A DNA stretch of 54,366 nt, from assembly GCA_049650525.1 (NCBI GenBank), contig JBASAI010000393.1:1-54366 (forward strand). The letters run 5' to 3'. The stretch's first letter is position 1; every line of letters begins with the position of its first letter. Shown one piece after another: positions 1-9,606 of the stretch. This DNA comes from Arcobacteraceae bacterium (GTDB lineage Bacteria > Campylobacterota > Campylobacteria > Campylobacterales > Arcobacteraceae). The position numbers were made by a program, and so were the translations under genes. Under the pieces are notes generated by a model. That model worked only from the letters and a program-made list of their open reading frames with translations. It searched no databases and was not told the DNA's origin.

Positions 1-319
1 CTTTTAACTCTTCTTGAATACTTAATACACTATCAGAATAAACAGAAAAAAGTGTTTCCCCTTTTTTTACACTCATATATGTTTTATTTGCATTTAGTTT
101 TGTGATAAATCCATCATATCTTGTCACTATATCTAGTGTATTTTCTTCATTTATTTTTATATTTCCGTAATAGCTTTTTATAATTCCTGTATTTATTTGT
201 TTTACATTTGTAGTTTTTTTATTAAATAGCTGATTTACTTCGAGGATCTCTGCTTGTAGATTTGTATATGACACAACAAAAAGGCTCAACACTATTAAAA
301 CATTTTTTATATTTTTCAT
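1..319 (-). CDS. Efflux RND transporter periplasmic adaptor subunit (CusB/CzcB-like), 5' part only; runs off the window
   Basis: Not in ORF track. Hand translation from ATG at 319 (ATGA overlap with the TolC-like stop): MKNIKNVLIVLSLFVV...DIVTRYDGFITKLNANKTYMSVKKGETLFSVYS. Signal peptide plus the barrel-sandwich motif typical of CusB. Confidence 0.85.
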   Translation of the reverse strand, partial: MKNIKNVLIVLSLFVVSYTNLQAEILEVNQLFNKKTTNVKQINTGIIKSYYGNIKINEENTLDIVTRYDGFITKLNANKTYMSVKKGETLFSVYSDSVLSIQEELK

Positions 320-1515
320 TTCATTTTTCCTTGTGTAAAATACAGCGATTTAGAATACGAAGTAAAATAGTGTTGCATCTCATCTAAAAGCATTTGTTCA
401 TAACTTATCACATCATTTAAATTTTGAATAGTAGATTGTGGTGAAGTTAATGAAAATTTATTATAAGACTCTATGTTTTTTTGTACCTTTTCTTTTAATG
501 GAAGAATTGTTTCTTTTATGATTTTATATGACAATAAAGCATTATCTAAATCATTTTGCAAAATTAAAATAGATGATCTAAATGTATTGTTTAGATTTAC
601 AAGATTACTATTCATTTGACTTGCTTGTTGTTTTGCTTTCATGGCACTCGTTTTTTCAGTTCCATATATAGCCAACGGAATATTTACAGAAATATTTGCA
701 TAATCTTCATACTTAGAATCACGATTAAAATAAGTAACATTGAGTTTTATATCAGAAGTTCGTTTTTCTAATTCTAATCGTGAGATATCGTTATATTGTA
801 AACTTTTCTCTTGCAAAACCAGTAGTTTAGGATGTGTATCAAATGTAGTAGTAAATTTTAAAGGTTTTATATCCAAAGAAAGATCAATAGAATCAATTTT
901 TGTAAAGCTTAGCTCTTCTAATTTCAAATACAAATTATTAATCAAATTTTTAAGTTTTTGTTGTTTTAATTGCGTTTGAGAGTATGATATTTTTAGATCA
1001 ATAATATCTGTTTGATTTATCTTACCATTTTCATATAATGAACTAGACAACTCTTCGAGGCTTTTAATATTTTGTAAATATTTATTTAATAATTCATACT
1101 TCTTTTCTAATATAACGACACTATATCCATACTCATATACAAGTGATTTAAGCTGTAACTTTTTATCTTCAAGCATATACAAAGCAATTTGTTTTTCTTT
1201 TATAGATATCTCTTTTTGTAACTCAAGCTTTTCACCCATAGGGATAACTTGTGAGAATCCAATATATTGTGCCTGCATTGCCTCAATATCTCTTTTTGAA
1301 GGATCATCAAACTGTATATCATTTGCTCCAAGGCTTAGCGTTGGATTTTTCCAGTTTGAAGAAAGATCGATTTGACTATTTGATACTTCAATAGAATGTT
1401 CTAAACTTTTTAAATCAGCATTGTTCACAAGAACTCTTTCTACCATCTCATCTAGACTTACTGCAAAGCCTGATGAGATAAACAAATATACTAATAGAGT
1501 GATTTTTTTAAGCAT
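316..1515 (-). CDS. TolC-family outer membrane efflux protein (CrdB/CusC-like)
   Basis: 399 aa, signal peptide, helical, NPTLSLG..MQAQYIGFSQVIP motif; lies between a Met-rich protein and an RND adaptor. Confidence 0.85.
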   Translation of the reverse strand: MLKKITLLVYLFISSGFAVSLDEMVERVLVNNADLKSLEHSIEVSNSQIDLSSNWKNPTLSLGANDIQFDDPSKRDIEAMQAQYIGFSQVIPMGEKLELQKEISIKEKQIALYMLEDKKLQLKSLVYEYGYSVVILEKKYELLNKYLQNIKSLEELSSSLYENGKINQTDIIDLKISYSQTQLKQQKLKNLINNLYLKLEELSFTKIDSIDLSLDIKPLKFTTTFDTHPKLLVLQEKSLQYNDISRLELEKRTSDIKLNVTYFNRDSKYEDYANISVNIPLAIYGTEKTSAMKAKQQASQMNSNLVNLNNTFRSSILILQNDLDNALLSYKIIKETILPLKEKVQKNIESYNKFSLTSPQSTIQNLNDVISYEQMLLDEMQHYFTSYSKSLYFTQGKMK

Positions 1516-1898
1516 TAGAGATTTACACTACCTCTAAGTGTATGAACTTTACCGTCGTCAGTTCTAAATTTAATGTGATATTGCCAAGTTCCACTCATCG
1601 AAAAATTTACTTGCGCTACAAATCTATCATCTACAAATTTTGTTTTTGCTTGATAGTCCATGTATGGCATCCCTGGCATCTCTGGCATAAATACTTTTAT
1701 TTTTACTTGTGCATTTTGTACGATTTCATTATCTTGCATCAATGTAACAAAAACTTCATTATTACCAACAACCAAAGGTTTTTCACTTGTAAACTTTACA
1801 ACATAACCATCTTTTTCTCCACTATGTTCTAAGGCTTGCGCAAATAATGCAGCAGTCATTATAAATAATGACAATACAACTTTTACTAAATTTTTCAT
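1515..1898 (-). CDS. Periplasmic Met-rich YtkA/FixH-like protein (CrdA-like copper resistance determinant)
   Basis: Signal peptide, MPEMPGMPYM motif, FSMSGTWQ motif; first gene of the efflux operon; SD AGAGGAG upstream. Confidence 0.8.
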   Translation of the reverse strand: MKNLVKVVLSLFIMTAALFAQALEHSGEKDGYVVKFTSEKPLVVGNNEVFVTLMQDNEIVQNAQVKIKVFMPEMPGMPYMDYQAKTKFVDDRFVAQVNFSMSGTWQYHIKFRTDDGKVHTLRGSVNL

Positions 1899-1922
1899 AT
1901 AAACTCCTCTTTTATTTGAAGA

Positions 1923-1955
1923 AGTTTATCTTAGGTTGTGTGGATTTAGTGTGGA
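1923..1955 (-). promoter_or_regulatory. Efflux operon promoter: TAAACT -10 plus TCCACAC direct repeat (OmpR-family regulator box)
   Basis: GTGTGGA at 1938-1944 and 1949-1955 (11-bp period); minus-strand TAAACT at 1923-1928. Confidence 0.6.
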
Positions 1956-2019
1956 GGTGACATGCAAAAGACTTGACATTATGAGCAAACAGTTTTATAA
2001 TTACGAAGAAAGGCCCAAA

Positions 2020-3663
2020 ATGGTAAGTATATTTAAACCTAAATTATTTAGTTTAATAAAAAGTGGTTCTATAAAAGAACAAATTAGTGCAGATATTATG
2101 GCAGGTATAATAGTAGGAATTGTAGCACTTCCTCTTGCTATTGCTTTTGCCGTTGCGAGTGGAGTTTCTCCTGAAAAAGGGATGATTACAGCTATAATAG
2201 CCGGATTTATCATATCTTTTTTAGGGGGAAGTCGTGTTCAAATAGGTGGACCAACGGGTGCATTTATCATTATTGTATTTGGAATAGTACAACAATATGG
2301 TATCGATGGACTTATCATCGCAACCATTTTATCTGGAATAATTCTTGTTATTTTTGGAATGTTACGACTAGGTTCATTATTAAAATTTTTTCCACATCCT
2401 CTCATCGTAGGATTTACAAGTGGTATTGCACTTGTTATTTTATCTACACAAGTTAAAGATGCTTTAGGATTAGAGATACAAAATGTTCCATCAGAGTTTG
2501 TAGACAAATGGAGTGTTTATTATGAGTATATTCACACTATAAACCCATATGCTTTAGGGATAACACTTCTTACAATATTTATAGGAATTTATTCTAAATA
2601 TATCACTACAAAAGTACCTGGATCTTTTATAGCAATTATTCTTATGACTCTTAGTGTACAATTTTTTGATTTACCTGTGACTACTATTGAATCTTTTTTT
2701 GGAACAATTTCAAATGAGATCACTTTTGAAATACCCTCTTTTGATATAGCGAATCTTTCGCACTATTTAGCTCCAGCACTAGTGATAGCACTTTTAGGAA
2801 GTATAGAATCACTTCTTTCAGCTGTCGTTGCAGATGGGATGATAGGTACAACACATCGTTCAAATACAGAGCTTGTAGCCCAAGGAATAGCAAATATAGT
2901 GACACCATTTTTTGGAGGGATTCCAGCAACTGGAGCAATAGCTAGAACGGCTACAAATGTAAAAAATGGGGGAAGAACACCGATTGCTGGTATGACTCAC
3001 GCCATAGTATTATTTTTAATAATGATGTTTTTTATGGACTATGCAAAATTGATCCCTATGTCTGTTTTAGCAGGTATTTTATTGGTTGTTGCATATAACA
3101 TGAGTGAATGGCGTTCATTTATCGCTGTATTAAAAGGTTCTCCTTTTGATTCTATTGTTCTTTTATCTACTTTTTTCTTAACGGTTTTAGTAGATTTAAC
3201 AGTTGCTATTCAAGTTGGTATTATTTTGTCTTCACTATTATTTATGAAAAGAATGTCAGATATCAACACCAATATCATAGATTCAGAAGAAGATGAAGAA
3301 AATGATGCAGTCAATACTTATTCTAATATTTCAAATAAAATCGCTATTTATGAGATAGCTGGACCACTCTTTTTTGCATCTGCAAAACAATATGCAGAAA
3401 CCTTATCATTGATTGGGTTTGAGAAAGAGATTTTGATTATACGATTAAGACATGTTCCATTTATAGATTCTACTGCTTTACATAATTTGGAAAGTACCAT
3501 TGAGTCCTTGCAATTATCAGGAGTAACTGTGATGCTAACAGGAGCTAATGATACTGTTTATAAAGAGCTCAAAAGACATAAAATAATCGACTTAGTAGAA
3601 GAAAAAAATGTATTTAGTAAATTTGACGAAGCATTAAAGACAGCAAGTATCAGAATTCGATAA
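2020..3663 (+). CDS. SulP/SLC26 family inorganic anion transporter with C-terminal STAS domain
   Basis: GIVALPLAIAFA, GGSRVQIGGPTGAF, ATGAIARTATN motifs; STAS (GPLFFAS, FIDST). Start moved from track 1936 to ATG 2020, which follows AAGG. Confidence 0.93.
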   Translation: MVSIFKPKLFSLIKSGSIKEQISADIMAGIIVGIVALPLAIAFAVASGVSPEKGMITAIIAGFIISFLGGSRVQIGGPTGAFIIIVFGIVQQYGIDGLIIATILSGIILVIFGMLRLGSLLKFFPHPLIVGFTSGIALVILSTQVKDALGLEIQNVPSEFVDKWSVYYEYIHTINPYALGITLLTIFIGIYSKYITTKVPGSFIAIILMTLSVQFFDLPVTTIESFFGTISNEITFEIPSFDIANLSHYLAPALVIALLGSIESLLSAVVADGMIGTTHRSNTELVAQGIANIVTPFFGGIPATGAIARTATNVKNGGRTPIAGMTHAIVLFLIMMFFMDYAKLIPMSVLAGILLVVAYNMSEWRSFIAVLKGSPFDSIVLLSTFFLTVLVDLTVAIQVGIILSSLLFMKRMSDINTNIIDSEEDEENDAVNTYSNISNKIAIYEIAGPLFFASAKQYAETLSLIGFEKEILIIRLRHVPFIDSTALHNLESTIESLQLSGVTVMLTGANDTVYKELKRHKIIDLVEEKNVFSKFDEALKTASIRIR

Positions 3664-3696
3664 TAGATAAATAAAATATTCCCATTTTGAATTTGG

Positions 3697-4854
3697 CTAA
3701 AACTTAAAGGTAAATGTAGTTCCCTTCTTATATATAGACTGTACATCGATTTTGATATCATATCGTGTAGATACATGACGAACTATATTCAGACCTATTC
3801 CAAAACCACCTTGTTCTTTTGTTGCTCTAAAGTAACGATTGAAGATATCTTTTAGTTTCTCTTTTTGGATTCCGATACCTGTATCAGAAAGAGTAAGTTT
3901 TCCATTTGTGTCAAGTGATATTTTGATATCTCCACCCATATTGTTATATTTTATAGCATTTGAAATGATATTGTTCAATAATCTTACAAAATCATTTTTA
4001 GCAATAGGGTAGTTGAAATTTTGTAAATCCAATAGAATATTGATTTGTTTTTTGATAAAAAAAGGTTCAAAATAGTTGAGTTGTTCTTTGATGATCTCAT
4101 CTAAAGCTATCTTCTCTAGAGCTTTTGTACTTGAGTGTTTTTCCAAAACTATATAAGTAAGGTCATTATAGATTTCTGATATCTTTCGTGCACTTAACTT
4201 TACTCTTTGTATCTGTTTTGGATTTAATCTATCAGATTCTGTAGACATCAAAAGTGCTGTGATTGGAGTGTTAAGTTCGTGTGTTGTATCTTTGATAAAA
4301 TTATTGAGCTTATCTCTTTCCTCTTTGATCGGTTTTAAAAAAAGTTGTGCCAAATAAAAACCAATAGATGCGATCACTAAATAGATCAAAATAAAACCGA
4401 TAAAAATATTTTGTTGTAATTCTTTTATCTTTTTAAATAACATATGTTCTTCAACAGCAATATGATAAATACCCAAATGCCCCAAAGTGGAACTATCGAT
4501 TAAAATGAGATGTTTTTTCTCTTCAATGATTGGTTTTGAAAAATCAAGATTTTTTTCTATATTTCCATAGATCTTTTCTTTCTTTTCATTATAAAAAGAG
4601 AGTTTATAGTTTGTATTATTAAGCAAATTTTTTCTATCAAAATCTGTATCAGTCATATGCGAAAATATAATTTTTGAGGATAATTCAGATGAAAAGTTTT
4701 GCATATTTGATTTTGCTAGATCTGTAAATAGTCTTTTTTCATTTTGATAATAAAAAAAGGTCACCAAGACCATCAAAATAAATGAAGAACCCAAATACAA
4801 TCCTACAAATCTAAAAAATGTACTCTTTTCACTTGCTGTTAAATCGATAACCAA
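3697..4854 (-). CDS. Sensor histidine kinase (CrdS-like)
   Basis: Two TM segments, H-box HELNTPI, N-box NAIKYN, DTGIG and GFGIGL G-boxes. Exact start uncertain. Confidence 0.92.
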   Translation of the reverse strand: MVIDLTASEKSTFFRFVGLYLGSSFILMVLVTFFYYQNEKRLFTDLAKSNMQNFSSELSSKIIFSHMTDTDFDRKNLLNNTNYKLSFYNEKKEKIYGNIEKNLDFSKPIIEEKKHLILIDSSTLGHLGIYHIAVEEHMLFKKIKELQQNIFIGFILIYLVIASIGFYLAQLFLKPIKEERDKLNNFIKDTTHELNTPITALLMSTESDRLNPKQIQRVKLSARKISEIYNDLTYIVLEKHSSTKALEKIALDEIIKEQLNYFEPFFIKKQINILLDLQNFNYPIAKNDFVRLLNNIISNAIKYNNMGGDIKISLDTNGKLTLSDTGIGIQKEKLKDIFNRYFRATKEQGGFGIGLNIVRHVSTRYDIKIDVQSIYKKGTTFTFKF

Positions 4855-5491
4855 CTCCTCGTATATTTGTTATATACTCTTCACCTAGCATTTTTCGTAA
4901 GTTTTTTATATAAGTACGAATAGTAGTAGCCATTGGTGTATATTCATAGCTCCAAATATTATTTGAAAGCTCTTCTACACTTACAGGGATATCTTTATTT
5001 TTCATCAGATACTCTAGCACATTTAGCTCTTTTACTGTGATGTGTACTTGTTTTTTATTTACATACACAAGAAGGTTTTTTTTGTCTATTTTTATGCTAT
5101 TTGAGATAGATACTATTTCATCATTTTCTATTTTAAAAAGCCGTTTTATATTATTAATACGAAGATCGAGCTCTTTGAGTTCAAAAGGTTTTTTCAAATA
5201 ATCATCACACCCAGAATCAAACCCTTTTTCTATATCATCTACCATCACTAAAGAGGTGATATATATCGTAGGAGTGCGAATCCCTTTTCCCCGTAACGCA
5301 CCTAAAAGCTCAAACCCATCGATATCAGGTACATTCACATCAAGCAATAAAAGATCAAATACTTCACTGTACAATATCTCTTCCGCATCATTGCCATTAA
5401 ATCTACTTACAACCTCATGCCCTTTTAAAAGTAGATGCTCTTCGATGATCTCATTTACAAGCAGATCATCTTCAAGTAAAAAGATTTTCAT
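4829..5491 (-). CDS. OmpR-family response regulator (CrdR-like)
   Basis: LLEDD, LLLDVNVP phospho-Asp, DDYLKKPF, C-terminal wHTH ending NIRGVGY. Confidence 0.95.
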   Translation of the reverse strand: MKIFLLEDDLLVNEIIEEHLLLKGHEVVSRFNGNDAEEILYSEVFDLLLLDVNVPDIDGFELLGALRGKGIRTPTIYITSLVMVDDIEKGFDSGCDDYLKKPFELKELDLRINNIKRLFKIENDEIVSISNSIKIDKKNLLVYVNKKQVHITVKELNVLEYLMKNKDIPVSVEELSNNIWSYEYTPMATTIRTYIKNLRKMLGEEYITNIRGVGYRFNSK

Positions 5492-5494
5492 ATA

Positions 5495-8452
5495 TTATTC
5501 CACACTACTATAGTGTAACTCCAACCCTTTTGAAGTGGTTACAAAGCCATTGATGTTTATCTTTCCTTCGTGTACGAGTTTGTGGTGTTTTTTACATAGT
5601 GGTATGAGATTGAACTTGTGATTTTGATTAATATGTCCTATAAATCCATCTTTGTCAGCTTTGTGTTGCTCTTTTATATGATGAACATCATCAACTTTCG
5701 CACCACAAATCGCACACGAAGTCACATACAGATCTTTGTTGTAGCTACTTGTTTTCTTTTGTGAAAGCCGCTCGATCGTATCATAGTCATCGGTGAGTCT
5801 TTTTCGTATATCATTTGCTACTTTTAAAAACTCTTTATCCATATGCAATGATTTTGCAAACTCCAATCCATACATACTACTTCCACTTCCGTGGGAAAGT
5901 TTTCTGTTAAATATAAGTTTATCATCCTCTTCATTGTACAAAACACTTAAGTGCAAACAGATGATATTTTTGAGTTTTTCTATCTCTTTTATCTCTGGTA
6001 ACTGATGTAGATGTGTCGCAAATACAAAAATCGATTTGAGTTCTGCAAGCTTTAATATCGCAGATGCTACGATACTTACTCCACTCATCGTTTCTGTACT
6101 GTGACTGATCTCATCTCCTAAAATAAGAGAGTTTTTTGTCGCTCGGTTAAATATATTTTTGAGTTCAAGCATCTCAACAGCAAACGAAGATAAACCTTTG
6201 GCAATATTGTCACTTCCTGAAATTCTTGTAAATACCTCATCAAAAAGACAAAATCGCATAGACTGGGCAGGAACATAAAATCCAGCCTGAGCCATAATTA
6301 CAGCGATTCCTATAGACTTCATCAATGAACTTTTTCCACTACTATTTATCCCATAGAGTAATACACCGTGCATATGATTGTCCGTGATATTTTCTGGTCG
6401 AGCATTTTTGATGATGAGATTTTCTTTGTGTTCTTTACTACACATATTTAAGTCACCCAAAATGATATCATTTGGTACATAGATACCATTTTGTTCGGTT
6501 GATTCGATGATTGGATGACGAAGCTCTGTTAGCTCTATGAAGTTTGTTTTGTTCTCTTCATTTTGTTTGATGATTTTTGGCTGTACAAAGTTGTACTTTT
6601 TGGCTGTTTTTATATTAGATACCGTTAGATCAATTTCAGCTATAAATGAAACCATCTCTTCAAGCATCAAAGCAAATTTATTTTCGTAGTATTCAATCTT
6701 CTCTTTAAATACGAGTTTATTGAGCTCTATTATTTTTTGTAAATTATGTACAAATTTATCGGAAATAGTCGAGGTGAGATTATTAGTGATTTTTACACTT
6801 GTGGTTTGTATCTTGATATTGAAGTCTTTAAAAAGATAAAGCTCATCATCGATGATAAGATGCGATTCTAAAAGCTCTTTTTTTATCGAACTAAATCTAT
6901 TTTTTGTTAGCCCTATAAAAAAGCCCTCTTTTCCCAAACGATTGATAGCGATAAGATTTTTATCTTCACTTTTTAAAAACTTCAAAATATGTGTACGAAA
7001 GATATCAAGCTTCTCTTCTAAAGCTTCATTTTCTTTTAAAAGTGCATCGATTTTTGTATCGATTCCTGCTGCTATGATATTTGAGTCGATATCTTTGAGC
7101 ATAAATTTTCCACAATTTGTCAAATCAAATGTATCTTCAATAGTTTTTAAAAAGAGTTCAATCTCTTGGCTACTACAAGGTGGTTTTACAAAGTTATAGT
7201 TCTCCATAAAGGTCACCACCTCTTTGATACTTCCCAAAGAATCATACAAATAATTAAGCTCAAAAGGGTGCAAACGATTGAGTTTTATTCGTCGTAAAAG
7301 TCGCTCTATATCATAAATATTACTCAGACTATTTTCTATAGGTGCGTGATAATCATACAGATCGGTTGAGAGCTTATATCTTCGTAAAAGTTCTTTTTCA
7401 TCTTTTATAGGATGAGTCAGTCTCTCTTTTAAAAGTCTTTTCCCCATCGCTGTTGATGTGTTGTTGATCAGTTTGAGCAAGTTGGGCTGATGTGGAGTTT
7501 CGAGGATATTTAACTGCTCTAAAGCATTGTTACCTAAGTAGATATATTTACTCACATCAAGCTTGATAGGCATTGAAAGTTTTTCGATGATTTTACTATC
7601 GTGTCCTATGACAAAATCTATCAAAATAGCCAAAGACTCACTTGCCATCGCGTATCGTTCCATATTTAAGTGTTCGATTGGAGTCAAGAGCGATTCTATT
7701 TGAAATACATTTTTAAACAGCTCATTTTGATATATTATCTTAGGACGAACCTGTGAGATATGAAATGTTTTATGAGAGAGTTCGAGATACTCACACACCT
7801 CTTTTTGATCGATGTTTTTATCCAAAAATGTGACTATGATCTCACTTGTTTTGTGCATATTCATATAGTTAAAAACTTCATCTAAAGCAAAGCTAGGATC
7901 TTCACTTGTCCCAAAAACTTCGTTAAAATAGCACTTTCCAGTGGTTACATCTATAGCACTATATCCGATGAGATAGTTTCCTCGCACTTGATCAACCGTT
8001 ATCGAAGTGATATTATTCTCATCACTTGAAACTGCAAAATCAAAATTTGTCCCAGGAGAGATAACCGCTTCTAACACTCTTTTTACATTTGGTGGAACGC
8101 CCACTTGTTTGATGATTGCTATTGTGTATTTTTGCTCTTGGATGATACGATTGATATGTTTTTCAAAAGATACAGCTGGCACACCTGCCATCATCGGATT
8201 GGTTTGGCTATTTTCTAAGATTGATTTGTTTTTTCGTGTGAGTTGGATATTTAAAAGTTCCGCTATCTCTTTTGCTTTTCCTATTTTTTCTTCATCATTA
8301 TTGACTTCATAAGTCTCAAAAAAAGTTCCGATTTCGATCAGTACTACAGTATCTTTTCCATACTTTTCTTCAAAAAGTTGCTGGAGTTTAAAGTATTGTT
8401 GTGTCAGAAGAATAAATTTATCTTCGAGTATCTCTTGTATTGCTAATCTCAT
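5495..8452 (-). CDS. mutS: MutS-family ATPase with mismatch-recognition domain and C-terminal HNH endonuclease (MutS7 type)
   Basis: GTFFE Phe-X-Glu motif, Walker A GINSSGKS, Walker B ILGDE, FATH motif; C-terminal CAIC...VHHI...NLIPLCKKHH HNH domain. Confidence 0.92.
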   Translation of the reverse strand: MRLAIQEILEDKFILLTQQYFKLQQLFEEKYGKDTVVLIEIGTFFETYEVNNDEEKIGKAKEIAELLNIQLTRKNKSILENSQTNPMMAGVPAVSFEKHINRIIQEQKYTIAIIKQVGVPPNVKRVLEAVISPGTNFDFAVSSDENNITSITVDQVRGNYLIGYSAIDVTTGKCYFNEVFGTSEDPSFALDEVFNYMNMHKTSEIIVTFLDKNIDQKEVCEYLELSHKTFHISQVRPKIIYQNELFKNVFQIESLLTPIEHLNMERYAMASESLAILIDFVIGHDSKIIEKLSMPIKLDVSKYIYLGNNALEQLNILETPHQPNLLKLINNTSTAMGKRLLKERLTHPIKDEKELLRRYKLSTDLYDYHAPIENSLSNIYDIERLLRRIKLNRLHPFELNYLYDSLGSIKEVVTFMENYNFVKPPCSSQEIELFLKTIEDTFDLTNCGKFMLKDIDSNIIAAGIDTKIDALLKENEALEEKLDIFRTHILKFLKSEDKNLIAINRLGKEGFFIGLTKNRFSSIKKELLESHLIIDDELYLFKDFNIKIQTTSVKITNNLTSTISDKFVHNLQKIIELNKLVFKEKIEYYENKFALMLEEMVSFIAEIDLTVSNIKTAKKYNFVQPKIIKQNEENKTNFIELTELRHPIIESTEQNGIYVPNDIILGDLNMCSKEHKENLIIKNARPENITDNHMHGVLLYGINSSGKSSLMKSIGIAVIMAQAGFYVPAQSMRFCLFDEVFTRISGSDNIAKGLSSFAVEMLELKNIFNRATKNSLILGDEISHSTETMSGVSIVASAILKLAELKSIFVFATHLHQLPEIKEIEKLKNIICLHLSVLYNEEDDKLIFNRKLSHGSGSSMYGLEFAKSLHMDKEFLKVANDIRKRLTDDYDTIERLSQKKTSSYNKDLYVTSCAICGAKVDDVHHIKEQHKADKDGFIGHINQNHKFNLIPLCKKHHKLVHEGKININGFVTTSKGLELHYSSVE

Positions 8453-8748
8453 ATAAGGTTTTGCTCATTTTTTAATAGAGGTAGATTTTGATTAAATATT
8501 GTTTGTATTTCTATAATATTTTCATATAGTTCATAAATAATAGTATAGCCTCGAAATATCATATCTCGAATATTTTCATCTTCATAATATTCTGATTTTC
8601 TATATTTTTTTGGCATGTTTGAGATATTATTTATCTGTTCTTTTAAATCTTTTGCAAATTTCACAGATGCTTGTGGCTTATCTTTTTTTATATTGAGAGT
8701 TATCTCTCTTAATTGTACTTTATATCTTTGTGTCTCTATTATTTTCAA
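8449..8748 (-). CDS. Type II toxin, RelE/ParE family
   Basis: 99 aa, basic; PKKYRKS...IRDMIFRGYTIIY pattern; TTG start overlaps the antitoxin stop. Confidence 0.88.
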   Translation of the reverse strand: MKIIETQRYKVQLREITLNIKKDKPQASVKFAKDLKEQINNISNMPKKYRKSEYYEDENIRDMIFRGYTIIYELYENIIEIQTIFNQNLPLLKNEQNLI

Positions 8749-8978
8749 GATTCTAACTCTTTAATAAGCTCATCCATCGATTCATCAAAATCATACATAG
8801 GCTCTTTACCACTTCGTATATCTGCCCGTAACTGATGCAACGATTCTCTTCTCTCATAAAAATAAGGATCCATTTGCAACATAGGATCACTCAAGTTTTC
8901 ATTGAGTTGTTTTGTCAACTCTCTTCTATCTTCAATTGATAATTCATAAGCACTTTGTAGTATTTCATTTATTGACAT
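8745..8978 (-). CDS. Putative type II antitoxin (addiction-module component)
   Basis: 77 aa, acidic, LSIEDRREL motif; directly upstream of and overlapping the toxin; SD AAGGAG and TATAAT upstream. Confidence 0.75.
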   Translation of the reverse strand: MSINEILQSAYELSIEDRRELTKQLNENLSDPMLQMDPYFYERRESLHQLRADIRSGKEPMYDFDESMDELIKELES

Positions 8979-9100
8979 AATATCTCCTTATTATAAATAT
9001 GAATGATTCTTTTCTCTTATTATATCGAATCTTTCATTTAAATAATAATTGCCAAGAGATAGAACGAGTTTAGCACTAAAACGTAAGTATTTAAGGGTAA

Positions 9101-9583
9101 TTAATCCTTGAAGATTGAGATTGCTTTTTTTTCAAATTTATTATACAAAAATATATTTTTAATGTCAATTGTGGATTGGCGAAATAAATCTAGGAGTATA
9201 TTAGCAACTTTTTTGATCTTGGATTGAAAATATGACAATATGCAATGCATACAGATATTTGTTTGTTTTTTATTTGTTTTTTATTTACCAAAAAAATTAT
9301 ATAACTTTTATACATTTCATCTATTTTCTTCACTTCATAATAACAATTTTCAACAAATTTTATATACAATTCAAAAATATCTACTAAACAATATTGATAT
9401 TGTTGATTGTGTTGATACTCTAAAGATTCTAATAGATCGTCAATACTTTTATCTTTAAAACCAGTAAATGTGTCACAATTACTTCTGATATCTTTGTATA
9501 TAAAATTAATTGAATGAAAAGAAATATTTTCAGATGATTCATTTTCTATTTTAAGTATGGAATATATATAAAAACAATCGCAT
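9101..9583 (-). pseudogene. Probable decayed hypothetical gene
   Basis: Roughly 125-codon start-less open frame (SILKIENESSEN...LLIYS*) whose nearest ATG (9583) is out of frame, plus a second protein-like frame ending at 9101. Confidence 0.35.
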
Positions 9584-9606
9584 TAACAAAACTACTTACT
9601 TTACTA

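Noticed and set aside
5498..5507. TTCCACACTA resembling the efflux promoter repeat, just upstream of the response regulator
   Set aside because: Single half-site in the opposite orientation, explained by the last mutS codons.
9240..9458. 72-aa plus-strand ORF in the gap
   Set aside because: No SD and composition typical of AT-rich antisense; the opposite strand looks more protein-like.
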